From: an uncultured delta proteobacterium
GTDB lineage: Bacteria; Desulfobacterota; Desulfobacteria; Desulfobacterales; JAFDCJ01
Direction: 5' to 3'
Assembly: GCA_963769935.1 (NCBI GenBank)
Contig: CAVYNY010000017.1
Span: forward strand, 32,001 to 96,000
DNA length: 64,000 nt
Made by a program: the position numbers and the translations under genes. The notes below the pieces were generated by a model. It saw only the letters and a list, made by a program, of their open reading frames with translations, searched no databases and was not told where the DNA came from. Of this stretch, positions 39,751-50,739 are shown piece after piece. Each line of letters starts with the position of its first letter. Position 1 is the stretch's first letter.

Positions 39751-40425
39751 ATGAACCCGGCTAAAAAACAACGCACTGACACCCCGGCGCAGCTTCTGGA
39801 CGCGGCCTGCGAGGTGTTTGCAGAAAAAGGCTATCGAAGGGCAACGATCGCGGAGATATGCAAACGCGGACGCGCGAACATTGCAGCCGTCAACTACTAT
39901 TTCCGCAACAAGGAGACCTTGTATGCCGAAGCCTGGCGGCTGGCATTTCAGCGGTCGCTGGAGGCCCATCCGCCCAACGGCGGAATTTCCGCCGCGGCAC
40001 CGAGCGAAGAGAGACTGCGCGGGCACATCCTATCGCTGATGCGGCGGATCATCGATCCCCGGAGCCATGAATTTGAGATTGTCCGCAAGGAAATGGCCCA
40101 CCCGACGGGCCTGCTGGCAGAGGTCATGCGGGCTTCCATCGAGCCGGTCGGAAAAGCCCTGTCCGGCATTGTCGAGCAACTGTTGGGTCCCAAAGCTTCG
40201 GACCGACAGGTCAGGCTGTGCCAGATGAGCATCATGGCGCAGTGCCTGCACCCCATGATGCGGGAACGCTTTCGCAAACTGCTGCCGGCTCACGCCGGTG
40301 AACCATCACCATTGAACGCCGGCATCGAGGCCATCGCCGAACATGTAACGCGATTCAGCCTGGCCGGAATTCAGGAGATACGGCGTCGGATCGAGTGTGG
40401 CGAGCTCGACGAACCCAAACATTGA
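39751..40425 (+). CDS. TetR/AcrR-family regulator (CerR-like C-terminus)
   Basis: LLDAACEVFAEKGY, ANIAAVNYYFRNKETLY, EMAHPT, SIMAQCL. Confidence 0.9.
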   Translation: MNPAKKQRTDTPAQLLDAACEVFAEKGYRRATIAEICKRGRANIAAVNYYFRNKETLYAEAWRLAFQRSLEAHPPNGGISAAAPSEERLRGHILSLMRRIIDPRSHEFEIVRKEMAHPTGLLAEVMRASIEPVGKALSGIVEQLLGPKASDRQVRLCQMSIMAQCLHPMMRERFRKLLPAHAGEPSPLNAGIEAIAEHVTRFSLAGIQEIRRRIECGELDEPKH

Positions 40426-40437
40426 GAGCTTGTATCC

Positions 40438-41793
40438 ATGAAAACTTTGATCAAAAAGTGCCTTATCGGCATGTTGGTGTTGGGGGGTGCGGGAGCGGGA
40501 GCCGCATGGTATTTTCAAAGCGCCCAGGGCCAACCGGTTGCCTATCGCACCGCTGAGGTCAAACGCGATGACCTTGTGGTTTCCATCGCAGCCACCGGCA
40601 CGGTGGAACCCGAGGAGGTGATCGACGTCGGGGCCCAGGTTGCGGGGCAGATCCTGTCCTTCGGAAAGGACCGGAACGGCAAATCCATCGACTATGGATC
40701 CGCTGTGGAGGAAGGGATGGTGCTGGCCCGGATCGATGACTCGCTGTATGCAGCCGATGCGGCCCAGGCCGCCGCCCAACTGCACTTAGCCAAGGCAGGC
40801 GTCGTCAGAGCCGAGGCCGACCTGGAGCAGGTGAAAGCCAAGCTCTACCAGACTCAGCGCGACTGGGAGCGGGCCCAGAAACTCGGGCCGTCCGAGGCCC
40901 TGGCCGCCAGCAGTTATGATGCTTACAAATCGGCCTATGAAACTGCCAAGGCCAATGTCGCGGTGGCCATGGCCGCCATCGGGCAGGCGCAAGCTACCAT
41001 GGATCAGGCTGAGGCAGTCCTGCAGCGCGCGCAGCGCAACCTCGGGTACTGCACGATCCGGTCGCCGGTCAACGGCATCATCATCGACCGGCGCGTCAAC
41101 ATCGGTCAGACCGTCGTAGCCAGCCTCAATGCGCCGAGCCTCTTTCTGATCGCCAAAGACCTCAAACGCATGCAGGTCTGGGCTTCCGTCAACGAGGCCG
41201 ATATCGGCAGTATCCGCCCCGGCCAACCCGTAACCTTTACCGTCGATGCCTATCCCGACCAGGTCTTCCGTGGAGAGGTCGGAAAGATCCGCCTGAACGC
41301 TACCATGACGCAGAACGTGGTTACCTATACCGTGGAAATCATTACCGACAACTCCAGCGGGAAGCTGCTGCCTTATCTGACGGCAAACGTCAGCTTCGAG
41401 GTTCACCGTCGCAGCAACGTACTGCTGGTGCCCAAAGCCGCCTTAGCCTGGTCACCGACGCCCGAACAGGTTGTGCCGGAGTATCGGACGGCGGCCGCCG
41501 GGTCGAACGGCAATGGAAACCATCCGCAGGATCAACCTACTTCCATGAAACCGGCACGCGGCGGCGCCGAAAGGGAGCAGGCGGGTATTGTCTGGGTCCC
41601 ACAGCAGAATCTGGTGCGGCCTGTCCGGGTTAAAATCGGCCTGAGCGACGGCGCGCTGACCGAAATATCCGGCGAAGCATTACAGGAAGGTCAACCGGTC
41701 ATTATTGGAGAAAAGCAGGCGGCAACCGCCGATACCGCCTCCGCAAATCCTTTCACGCCGCAATTGCGCCGGAGAAACACAGCGAACCGGTAA
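40438..41793 (+). CDS. macA: MacA-like periplasmic adaptor subunit
   Basis: ATGTVEP, VGAQVAG, GQTVVASLNAPSLF, NEADIG, QNVVTYTV. Confidence 0.9.
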   Translation: MKTLIKKCLIGMLVLGGAGAGAAWYFQSAQGQPVAYRTAEVKRDDLVVSIAATGTVEPEEVIDVGAQVAGQILSFGKDRNGKSIDYGSAVEEGMVLARIDDSLYAADAAQAAAQLHLAKAGVVRAEADLEQVKAKLYQTQRDWERAQKLGPSEALAASSYDAYKSAYETAKANVAVAMAAIGQAQATMDQAEAVLQRAQRNLGYCTIRSPVNGIIIDRRVNIGQTVVASLNAPSLFLIAKDLKRMQVWASVNEADIGSIRPGQPVTFTVDAYPDQVFRGEVGKIRLNATMTQNVVTYTVEIITDNSSGKLLPYLTANVSFEVHRRSNVLLVPKAALAWSPTPEQVVPEYRTAAAGSNGNGNHPQDQPTSMKPARGGAEREQAGIVWVPQQNLVRPVRVKIGLSDGALTEISGEALQEGQPVIIGEKQAATADTASANPFTPQLRRRNTANR

Positions 41794-41837
41794 TTGGAAT
41801 CTGACCCGCTTTTACGCAATTCCGGAGGAAGGGGATC

Positions 41838-42608
41838 ATGGCGCTTATCGAATTGCGAAATATTTGCAAGACATACCACATCGGGGATTTGGACATTCCG
41901 GTATTGCGGGATGTCTCGTTGACCGTCGACCGCGGCGAGCTGGTTGCCCTGATGGGTGCGTCGGGCTCGGGCAAAAGTACGCTGATGAATATTCTGGGAT
42001 GCCTCGATCGACCTACTTCAGGTGAATACTGGCTGGACGGGCAGGAAGTGTCCCGGCTCTCCGCCGACCAGCGCGCGCTGCTGCGCAGCCGCACGGCCGG
42101 TTTCGTGTTCCAGAGCTTCAACCTCTTACCTCGCACCAGTGCCATCGAGAACGTAATGATGCCCCTGTCGTATGCAACCGGGAACCAGCCCGAGCGGGAG
42201 TCCCGGCGCAGATCGGCAGAACTGCTCGAACGCGTGGGACTGGGAGAACGACTCGATCACCTGCCTTCCCAGCTTTCCGGCGGACAGCAGCAGAGAGTTG
42301 CCATTGCACGGGCTTTGGTCAACCGGCCGGCACTGCTGTTTGCCGACGAGCCGACCGGCAATCTGGATTCGCATACCAGCGAGGATGTCCTGGAGATGTT
42401 CGAGCAGCTCAACCAAGAGGACGGCATTACGATTGTCCTGGTAACCCATGATGCCGAAGTTGCGCGGCACGCCCGGCGCATCATCCGCATCCGCGACGGT
42501 GTGATCGAGGATGACGCCTCGGTCGCCGGCCGCCGGCAACCGCCCGAGCGCCGGCAGTCTTCAAATGCCTTGGGTGTAAAACAGACGGAAATGGGAGGTG
42601 CCGGGTGA
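41838..42608 (+). CDS. MacB/LolD-type ABC ATP-binding protein
   Basis: [33 protein letters not shown]. Confidence 0.95.
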   Translation: MALIELRNICKTYHIGDLDIPVLRDVSLTVDRGELVALMGASGSGKSTLMNILGCLDRPTSGEYWLDGQEVSRLSADQRALLRSRTAGFVFQSFNLLPRTSAIENVMMPLSYATGNQPERESRRRSAELLERVGLGERLDHLPSQLSGGQQQRVAIARALVNRPALLFADEPTGNLDSHTSEDVLEMFEQLNQEDGITIVLVTHDAEVARHARRIIRIRDGVIEDDASVAGRRQPPERRQSSNALGVKQTEMGGAG

Positions 42609-43984
42609 AAATCTATCGCACAGTGCAGACAGCCCTCCGGGCGCTGCGCCGCAACCCGATGCGGGCGGCCTTGACGACCCTGGGGATCGTCATCGGCGTG
42701 GGGGCGGTTATCGCCATGATGGAAATCGGCAAAGGCTCTTCGGAAGCCATCCAGAAGTCAATTGCCAGTATGGGTGCGAACAACCTCCTGATCCAACCCG
42801 GCACTGCCGCCAGCGGCGGTGTCAGCTTCGGTTCGGGCAGCGTCATGACGCTGACACCCCAGGACGCTGAAGCGATCCTGAAGGAATGCCCGGCCGTTCG
42901 CAGCGTGGCGCCGGTGGTTCGCGCCCGCACTCAAGTGGTCTATGCCGGCCGCAACTGGGTTCCGTTCTCGATCTACGGTACCACGCCGGCCTATCTCGAG
43001 GTGCGTGACTGGAACAATCTGGCCGAAGGCGAGGTCTTCACTGAACGCGACGTGCGCAATGCCAACCGGGTCTGTCTGCTGGGGCAGACCCTGGTCCGCG
43101 AACTGTTCCAGGGCTTGTCTCCGATCGGCAAGGACATTCGGATCAACAACGTATTGTTCAAGGTAGTGGGCGTGCTGAGCCGCAAGGGGGCCAACATGAT
43201 GGGAATGGACCAGGACGACGTCGTCATGGCGCCCTGGACAACCATCAAATACCGGGTGGCAGGCTCGCCGCTGGCCAACGTCAACCAAAGCAGCCCAAGT
43301 TCCAGCTCCGGCAGCTCGTCCACGGTCAACTCGCTCAGCCAGCTTTATCCCGGCGGGCAACAGAACCTTTACCCGGCGCCGTCGGCGATCCAGGCCGCCG
43401 ACACCCCGCTGCCGGTGCGCTTTACCAACGTGGATCAAATTCTGGTTTCGGCGCGGTCCTCCCACGAAATCCAGCAGGCCGTCAGCCAGATGACAGAGGT
43501 GCTGCGCGAGCGCCACCGGATTCACCACGGCGAGCCGGACGATTTCCACATCCGCGACATGACCGAAATGACCAAGGTCCTGTCTTCGACGGCCACGCTG
43601 ATGACCAATTTGCTGCTGTGCGTCGCGCTGATCTCCCTGGTGGTCGGCGGGGTCGGCATCATGAACATCATGCTTGTTTCCGTCACCGAACGCACCCGGG
43701 AAATCGGGTTGCGAATGGCGGTGGGGGCGCGCAGCCGCGACATTCTCAGGCAATTTCTGGTGGAAGCGGTGGTCCTGTGCCTGGCCGGCGGTGCCATGGG
43801 CATCCTGCTGGGCCATGGCGGCTCGCACCTCGTCAGGCTGCTCCTGCACTGGCCCATCGGGACTTCCCTGGTCGCTATTGCATCGGCGGTTATCGTCTCA
43901 GCCAGTGTGGGCATCCTGTTCGGCTATTATCCGGCCTGGAAGGCTTCACGGCTGGACCCTATCGATGCATTGAGATACGAATAA
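42605..43984 (+). CDS. MacB-type ABC permease
   Basis: LTTLGIVIGVGAVI, VGGVGIMNIMLVSVTERTREIG, FGYYPA...LDPIDALRYE. Confidence 0.95.
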   Translation: MKIYRTVQTALRALRRNPMRAALTTLGIVIGVGAVIAMMEIGKGSSEAIQKSIASMGANNLLIQPGTAASGGVSFGSGSVMTLTPQDAEAILKECPAVRSVAPVVRARTQVVYAGRNWVPFSIYGTTPAYLEVRDWNNLAEGEVFTERDVRNANRVCLLGQTLVRELFQGLSPIGKDIRINNVLFKVVGVLSRKGANMMGMDQDDVVMAPWTTIKYRVAGSPLANVNQSSPSSSSGSSSTVNSLSQLYPGGQQNLYPAPSAIQAADTPLPVRFTNVDQILVSARSSHEIQQAVSQMTEVLRERHRIHHGEPDDFHIRDMTEMTKVLSSTATLMTNLLLCVALISLVVGGVGIMNIMLVSVTERTREIGLRMAVGARSRDILRQFLVEAVVLCLAGGAMGILLGHGGSHLVRLLLHWPIGTSLVAIASAVIVSASVGILFGYYPAWKASRLDPIDALRYE

Positions 43985-44032
43985 CCCCGCCAGCAAGGAG
44001 GGTTAACATTCGCCATTAAAGGAATCCAGAAC

Positions 44033-45478
44033 ATGTTGTGCAGGAACGACACCGCTTCCCATAGAAAGCCCTTTCCGGCCTGCCTGGCCCTGGCCATGTT
44101 CCTGTGCCTTGGCAGTGTGACCGGTTGTCTCGTCGGTCCGGATTATCAGCCGCCGCAAATGCAGGTGCCGGCCGCCTGGTCCGGTCCAACCAGCGCTCAG
44201 CCGACTCCGGCCGAGGTCCAGGATCTTGTCCATTGGTGGACCACATTCAATGATCCCGCTTTGACCTCCCTGGAGGATCAGGCCGCAGCGTCCAACTTGG
44301 ACCTGCAGTTGGCCGCAGCGCGCATCCGGCAAGCACGGGCAGCGCGGGGTATCGCGGTTGCCGGCCTCGGACCCACGGTGAATGCTTCCGGCGACGTGGT
44401 GCGCAGCCGTACCGCCGTCACAACCGGCAACCGAATCCAAGGCAACATCAGCAACCTGTACCAGACCGGCCTGGATTCATCCTGGGAACTGGACATCTTC
44501 GGTGGAACCAGACGCAACATCGAGGCGGCCGACGCCGATCTTCAAGCCGCAGTGGAGGATCGCCGGGACGTGCTGGTGACCTTGACGGCTGAAGTGGCGC
44601 TCAACTATATCGACCTGCGTTCCTTTCAGCAGCGGATTAAAATTGCCCGGCAGAACCTCAAGGCGCAGGAGCACACGGCCGAACTGACCCACCAAAGATT
44701 CGAGGCCGGCTTCGTGGGCCGCCTGGATGTGGCCAACGCCGACGCCCAGGTCGCCACCACCGCTTCGATGATCCCGTTGCTGGAGTCCTCCGCCCAGCAG
44801 GCCATCTACAGCCTGGGAATTCTTCTGGGCCGGGAGCCGTCTGCCCTGCTGGAAGAGTTGGCGCCGGCTGCCGCCATTCCGGCCGCCCCTCCCGAGGTGC
44901 CGGCAGGCCTTCCGGCGGGTATGCTGCGAAGACGCCCGGACATCCGCCGAGCCGAAGCGGAGATTCATTCCGCCACGGCCCGCATCGGTGTGGCCACGGC
45001 CGACCTGTTCCCCAGGTTCGCGCTTTCCGGCGCGGTCGGTTACCGCAGCAATCAGTTCTCCTCATGGGTGGACTGGATCAATCGTTTCTGGTCGGTGGGC
45101 CCCTCGGCCAGTTGGCAGGTCTTTGCCAGCGGCGCCATTCGCTCCAATATCAAGTTCCAGGAAGCCCTCCAGGAGCAATCGGTCCTCGCCTATCAGCAGA
45201 CCGTCCTGACAGCCCTGCAGGATGTTGAAAACGCCTTGATTGCCTCCGCCAAAGAGGCGGATCACCTCAAGGCACTGGCGGAAGCGGTTGCGGCCAATCG
45301 CCAGGCGGTGGAGCTTTCGACCCAGCTCTACACGCAAGGCCAGATCGACTTTCTCAACGTGCTGGATGCCCAGCGATCCCTGTTCGTTTCGGAAGATGCG
45401 CTGGTTCAGAGCACCGGCAATGTCTCGACAAATCTGGTCGCGTTATACAAAGCGCTTGGCGGGGGCTGGGACAATTAG
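44033..45478 (+). CDS. NodT/OprM-family outer membrane efflux lipoprotein
   Basis: GCLVGPDY lipobox, WELDIFG, RRPDIRRAE, LYKALGGGW. Confidence 0.93.
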   Translation: MLCRNDTASHRKPFPACLALAMFLCLGSVTGCLVGPDYQPPQMQVPAAWSGPTSAQPTPAEVQDLVHWWTTFNDPALTSLEDQAAASNLDLQLAAARIRQARAARGIAVAGLGPTVNASGDVVRSRTAVTTGNRIQGNISNLYQTGLDSSWELDIFGGTRRNIEAADADLQAAVEDRRDVLVTLTAEVALNYIDLRSFQQRIKIARQNLKAQEHTAELTHQRFEAGFVGRLDVANADAQVATTASMIPLLESSAQQAIYSLGILLGREPSALLEELAPAAAIPAAPPEVPAGLPAGMLRRRPDIRRAEAEIHSATARIGVATADLFPRFALSGAVGYRSNQFSSWVDWINRFWSVGPSASWQVFASGAIRSNIKFQEALQEQSVLAYQQTVLTALQDVENALIASAKEADHLKALAEAVAANRQAVELSTQLYTQGQIDFLNVLDAQRSLFVSEDALVQSTGNVSTNLVALYKALGGGWDN

Positions 45479-45564
45479 GCGAAACTTTGTATGAGCAATG
45501 ATTTATGTCTTTGGGCATAAAAGCGAATAACTTATAATTAATTCTTGACTCGCTTAGGTTTGTA

Positions 45565-48500
45565 ATGATGGCTCACACCGTCGGCTCAGCAACGGACTGC
45601 GGATCTTTGGGACTTTTCAGCCTCTTTTCCGCCCGGCGGATCTTTGAGGATACCAACCAGGACGAATACCCGGACCGTCTGGGGTTGGCTATCGAGGTGG
45701 ATCCACGGCTGGATGACGCTTCCATTTGGGCCCAGGTGTTAAATCTCACGGCCAGGCTGGCAATTGAGGTCACGGCCCTGGATTTGCCGCTGGTAAGGCC
45801 TTTGCGCCCGAAGCCCGGGAATCAGCCGGCGCTCGTCGTGCTGTGTCCTGACCATAATTTGCCGGCAGCCGCCGAAATCAAGCATCAAAAGCCCGCCAGG
45901 GTGACCATCGGCGGCCGGTGCCCTCAGAGCATCGCGCGGGTGATTGCCGGCCTCGCGCTATCGCCGGCCTCAGGCGGTCTGCTGTCTCGAAACTGGCGTA
46001 CCATCCGGCTGGTCGAGCCGGAGGCTTGTGCCATGGAAATTTCTTATGGCCGCCTTAGCACAAGGGAATGGATTCCCCTGCCCCCATTTCCCACCCCGGG
46101 AAAACCTCGCGGCAGGTCTACATCTCCTAAAAAACTCGATCTTCTAAATCCCTTCGGCTGCGCCTATGATATTCCGCCGGACGAGCCCCGCGGGCAAGGC
46201 CTGAACCTGAAATTGGTCATCGATGCCTTGCGGCTTTCCCCGCAGTTGGGAATGGTTCTGTCGGATCTGGTGGCCGCAGCGGTCCTGGAGGCCACGGATA
46301 TGACGCTGCCGTTGGTTGTGGCCGGCTCGATGCCCCAAACCGGACTTGTGTTAAAGGTATGCGAGCAAAAGCCGAAGCGTTCGGGTGTCACCCACCAAAT
46401 TCGCTTTTTTTCCCGGCGCTCCAAACGACAGCTTGTCATCCTGGCCGAGGGTCAAACCACACCCTTGACAACAGCCTTGAGGGAATGGATCCAGTTGACA
46501 CTTTACCGGCACGGTCGCGGCTGCGAGCCGGTGGACGCGTTCCACACCGAGGTGGAAGGCGTGCGGGATTTAGTGGCCGGCTGCGGCCGCTGGGGGCGTT
46601 GGGCCCAGCATCTTATGCAAGCCGCATCCGGTGGGCCGGTGCTGCCGCCGGCCACCGGCGCTGAGCGAACCAAAGTGCTGCGCGCCTGCCGCGCGCTTTG
46701 CCTGGCGCCGCCCACCAAAGCCCCAAGTTCCACCTTGTACCGGCGTTCAGCCTGGCGCTCTGAAAACCAACAAATTCTGGATCTTGCCCGACGGCTGCGG
46801 CCCGGCACCGGCCGGCTGGAGGGGCTGGTCTTTGTCAGCAAGCCGCGCCACACCCGGCTTGATCTCAAAAAGCAGCTGACGTCGATTTTAAGCCAAAAAG
46901 GGTATCGGGCCGATCTGACGGTTCTCAACGCCTACAAACCCGGCCTGTCCTGGCTGCTCGAGGTCGTCGTCAAAACGTTGCAGGGAATCGAACATCCGGC
47001 CGAAATCGAGCTGGCCTACCGCTCTTTTAAAGTTGAGGGGGGCAGCCTGGAATTGCCCGGCCGCTGGCTGCAGGAAATATTTCCGGGGCCCGACCTGCTG
47101 GCCGGAGCGCTGGGGTGGAAGCCGGATCGCATCCGGCTTGTCCGGCGACGAAATCTTGCCGATGCGTATCGCATACGAGCCTGGAACACGCAGGGGCGCC
47201 TGGTGTTTACCCGGGGATTCACCCCCTTTGTCAGCCGTATGCCCTATCTCGCCGCCCGGCCGCAGGCGGGAACCATTTATCCGACTTGCGGAGGAATCCG
47301 CCTGCACCAGGGGCGGAACACCGTCCTCGACAAGGCTGTGATGACCGACCGCGAACATTTCTGGCGCACATTTCAGACGCGCTGGCTGCCGGCCTTGGAA
47401 ACTCAGATGCTAAAGCATCTGGCGGCGCTAAACGGTGAAATGGATGCGGCTTTTTGGGAAGAGGTTCGGCTGGAGGTGGCCCTGGAAGAGACGGATGTGC
47501 GCTTAAACCTGGGTGCCGAGCGCATCTGCCCGATGGAGGCCTTGCACGAGGATCTCTACTTCGGTCTGCTGAATTTTTTCCATATCTTTGGCCGCGAACA
47601 CAAGCTTGCCCCGGCAATTCAGTTCGGCCGCATTCTGCCCCTGGTTTCGGCCCGCTTGGAGGGAACGCGACCATCGGCCCGCATGATTGCCCGGCCATTT
47701 CAGCGGCCCGCAACAAAAGGCACCCGCCGCCCCCGGCCCCAAGTGACCGCCCTGAGATTTGAACGCGGGCAATGGCATCTTGAATTCAGCGGCGGGATCA
47801 AGGGGCTGACGCTCGAAAATGTTCGCCATCTGTGTACGGTAGCACATGCCTGGGGAATTTCTATGGAACCGTCCCAAATGCAAGGCCGGTTGCAGGTGAA
47901 GATCAAAGCGCCCCGGCCTGTGCGTCGCGCAGCCCTCCGATCCGGCCGCCAATCCCCGCCTCCCGAAGACCGCCTGCTCAGCGCTCAGGAAGTATCCGGC
48001 TGGATTGAGCATCTTGGTCGGATGCCCCATCTGCAGGCCTGGCAGGCCGGCCGTTCCTGGCAGGGGCGGCCTATCTGGGCCATCGAAGCCGGACTGCAGG
48101 GCGGAGGAAAACTTGCGTCTGTGGCCAAAGCCCGTCTTCTCAAGCCCACGCTGCTGATCAATGCGCGCCACCACGCCAACGAAATCTCCAGCACCAACGC
48201 CGTGCTGCACCTGGCCTGGCAATTGAGCACCACCCCGCAGGGGCGGGAGACCTTGCAACATAACAATATCGTGATCATTCCCCTTGAAAACGCAGACGGT
48301 GTGGCCACGCTGGAAGCGCTTTTGCCGGGGGCACCCGACCACAAGCTGCATGCCGCCCGTTACAACGCGTTGGGAGTGGAGTGGTATGCGGACTATTTTG
48401 CCGATCCGCCCCGCTTTGCCGAAGCCCGGGTTAAACCGCGCCTTTGGCGCCGCTGGTTGCCGCAAATCGTGCTGGACGCCCACGGGGTGCCCAGCCACGA

Positions 48501-49020
48501 ATGGGATCAGCCCTTCTCCGGCTACGTCCCCCCCAAACCCTTTCAAGAATTCTGGCTTCCCAAAACCTTTGTCTACGCGATCGTGCCCTTCATCGACCAG
48601 CCCGGCCACCCCGGTCATGACATGGCCGGCCGATTGGTGCACCGCATGCGACAGGCGCTTACCAACGACCGCGAGATCATCGACCTTAACCGCGAATTAA
48701 GCGACCGCTACCGGCGCTATGCCCGCTCAGCCGAACCCGGCATATTTCCGGCTTGTACCGAAGATACCCTGGTGGCTTTGCCGCCCCAAAAACGGGTTGC
48801 CAAAACCAACTTCGCAGAACGCCGCTGGCCCCTGACCCAGTCAGAAATCATTACCGAAGTTACCGACGAGGTTGCATCGGGCCGCCTGCTGGCGCTGTGC
48901 GCCAGGGCCCATCGCCTGATTGCCGGGGCGCTTATCGAATTCATGCGCCCTGAAAAGCCGGGTGCCATCATCCGAACCCAACTGCCGGAGGGCGGGGTGT
49001 TGTTGAGGTGGCGCCGGTAG
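45565..49020 (+). CDS. Large M14 zinc carboxypeptidase-domain protein
   Basis: C-terminal NARHHANE, ENADG, DAHG zinc-ligand motifs; ~800-aa N-terminal region not recognised. Confidence 0.8.
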   Translation: MMAHTVGSATDCGSLGLFSLFSARRIFEDTNQDEYPDRLGLAIEVDPRLDDASIWAQVLNLTARLAIEVTALDLPLVRPLRPKPGNQPALVVLCPDHNLPAAAEIKHQKPARVTIGGRCPQSIARVIAGLALSPASGGLLSRNWRTIRLVEPEACAMEISYGRLSTREWIPLPPFPTPGKPRGRSTSPKKLDLLNPFGCAYDIPPDEPRGQGLNLKLVIDALRLSPQLGMVLSDLVAAAVLEATDMTLPLVVAGSMPQTGLVLKVCEQKPKRSGVTHQIRFFSRRSKRQLVILAEGQTTPLTTALREWIQLTLYRHGRGCEPVDAFHTEVEGVRDLVAGCGRWGRWAQHLMQAASGGPVLPPATGAERTKVLRACRALCLAPPTKAPSSTLYRRSAWRSENQQILDLARRLRPGTGRLEGLVFVSKPRHTRLDLKKQLTSILSQKGYRADLTVLNAYKPGLSWLLEVVVKTLQGIEHPAEIELAYRSFKVEGGSLELPGRWLQEIFPGPDLLAGALGWKPDRIRLVRRRNLADAYRIRAWNTQGRLVFTRGFTPFVSRMPYLAARPQAGTIYPTCGGIRLHQGRNTVLDKAVMTDREHFWRTFQTRWLPALETQMLKHLAALNGEMDAAFWEEVRLEVALEETDVRLNLGAERICPMEALHEDLYFGLLNFFHIFGREHKLAPAIQFGRILPLVSARLEGTRPSARMIARPFQRPATKGTRRPRPQVTALRFERGQWHLEFSGGIKGLTLENVRHLCTVAHAWGISMEPSQMQGRLQVKIKAPRPVRRAALRSGRQSPPPEDRLLSAQEVSGWIEHLGRMPHLQAWQAGRSWQGRPIWAIEAGLQGGGKLASVAKARLLKPTLLINARHHANEISSTNAVLHLAWQLSTTPQGRETLQHNNIVIIPLENADGVATLEALLPGAPDHKLHAARYNALGVEWYADYFADPPRFAEARVKPRLWRRWLPQIVLDAHGVPSHEWDQPFSGYVPPKPFQEFWLPKTFVYAIVPFIDQPGHPGHDMAGRLVHRMRQALTNDREIIDLNRELSDRYRRYARSAEPGIFPACTEDTLVALPPQKRVAKTNFAERRWPLTQSEIITEVTDEVASGRLLALCARAHRLIAGALIEFMRPEKPGAIIRTQLPEGGVLLRWRR

Positions 49021-49119
49021 GATAAACGGTATTTGGGATTGCGCATCGGGCATTTTTGAGCTAAATAAAACCGCAACCAATTCAAATTCAACCTTTTTCA
49101 AGGAAGGGAGGAACGTGTC

Positions 49120-50688
49120 ATGCGTAACATCCGGTTAAGCCTATTTGTGCTGCTTATGGTATGCCCGGTGCTGGCCTTCGGCGGCCAGCAGCCCGTTGCG
49201 GGCGGAACCCTGATCTGGGGCCGCGGCGGGGACTCGGTCAATCTGGATCTGGCTCAGGCGACCGACGGGGAGTCCATCAAGGCCGGGATCCAGATCTTTG
49301 AAAACCTGGTGATGTTCGGCCGCAACTCGATGGACATCGAGCCCCAGCTCGCTAAATCCTGGACAGTCTCCGAAGACGGGCTGACCTGGACCTTCAAGCT
49401 GCGCGAGGGGGTCAAATTCCACGACGGCACCCCGTTCAATGCCCAGGCGGTCTATGACTCCTTTGCCCGCATTATCGACGAGAAGCATCCTTGGCACGGC
49501 TTCGGCAAATGGCGCTACCTGAGCTTGTCTTTGGGGCCGGTCGATCAAATCAAGATCATCGACGAATACACCATCGCCCTGATCACCAAAAAGCCCTATG
49601 CCCCGCTGCTCAACAACCTGGCCTTGTGGCTGTGCCCGATCCTTTCACCTGCGGCCATGGCCGAGTACAAAGATCAAATCGGACTGCACCCGGTGGGAAC
49701 CGGCCCCTTTAAATTCGTCAAGTGGGTCAAAGACGACCAGATCGTCCTGGAGCGCAACGAGGATTACTGGGGTGAAAAAGCCAAAGTCGACAAGATCATC
49801 CTCAAGAGCATCCCCGAGCCATCGGCCCGTCTGATGGCGCTGCAGTCGGGCACCGTCGACATGGCCGATGATCTCGACCCGGATTCCATCAATCTGGTCA
49901 AAAAGGATTCCCGCCTGGCAATCATCGAACGGCCCAGCATCAATGTCGGGTATCTGGCGCTCAACACCCAGAAGCCGGCCCTGGCCGATGTTCGTGTGCG
50001 CCGCGCCATTAACCATGCCATTGACAAGCAAACCCTGATCAAAGCCATCTATCAGGGTCTGGCGATCCCGGCCAAAAATCCTTTTGCGCCCACCATCTGG
50101 GGCTACAACGATGCCATCGAGCCCTATGATTACAGCCCTGAAAAGGCCAAGCAGCTTCTGGCCGACGCCAACTTCGATTTTAACTCCGAACTGGAATTGT
50201 GGGCCATGCCGGTTTCCAGAGTCTACATGCCCGAGCCGGTCAAAACCGCCGAGTTGATCCAGGCCTATCTGGCGGCGGTGGGCATCAAAACCAAAATCGT
50301 GCGCTACGACTGGGGAACCTATCTGAGCAAAACCGCCAACGGCGAGGACGATATGTGTATGCTCGGCTGGCTGGGCGGCAATGCCGATCCGGACAACTTC
50401 CTTTACGGCCTGCTGTCCGCCGACACGGCCAAAACCCCGGGGGCTGCCAACGTAGCCCTATGGAAAAATGCCGAATTTACCGAACTGTGTCTCAAAGCCC
50501 AGCGGATATTCGACAAGGCCGAGCGCACCAAACTCTACCTTAAGGCCCAGGTAATTTTTCACGATCAGGCCCCCTGGGTGCCGCTGGCTCATTCGACCAT
50601 TGTGCGGTGCTTCAGCAAGCGGCTGCACGATGTCCCGCTGCGGCCCAACGGGCTGAATTCTTTCCAGATGGTTTGGAAGGAGCAGTAA
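49120..50688 (+). CDS. dppA: Dipeptide/oligopeptide ABC substrate-binding protein
   Basis: LAKSWTVSEDGLTWTFKLREGVKFHDG, PVGTGPF, WAMPVSRVYMP, GGNADPDNFL. Confidence 0.9.
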   Translation: MRNIRLSLFVLLMVCPVLAFGGQQPVAGGTLIWGRGGDSVNLDLAQATDGESIKAGIQIFENLVMFGRNSMDIEPQLAKSWTVSEDGLTWTFKLREGVKFHDGTPFNAQAVYDSFARIIDEKHPWHGFGKWRYLSLSLGPVDQIKIIDEYTIALITKKPYAPLLNNLALWLCPILSPAAMAEYKDQIGLHPVGTGPFKFVKWVKDDQIVLERNEDYWGEKAKVDKIILKSIPEPSARLMALQSGTVDMADDLDPDSINLVKKDSRLAIIERPSINVGYLALNTQKPALADVRVRRAINHAIDKQTLIKAIYQGLAIPAKNPFAPTIWGYNDAIEPYDYSPEKAKQLLADANFDFNSELELWAMPVSRVYMPEPVKTAELIQAYLAAVGIKTKIVRYDWGTYLSKTANGEDDMCMLGWLGGNADPDNFLYGLLSADTAKTPGAANVALWKNAEFTELCLKAQRIFDKAERTKLYLKAQVIFHDQAPWVPLAHSTIVRCFSKRLHDVPLRPNGLNSFQMVWKEQ

Positions 50689-50739
50689 CTAATTAACAGG
50701 CCCGGTTTTTTATGGCGATAGAAAGGGATCAAGCGACTC

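Noticed and set aside
42758..48642. Long antisense ORFs (42758..43849, 47503..48642 and similar)
   Set aside because: Shadow frames of GC-rich coding genes with no domain motifs
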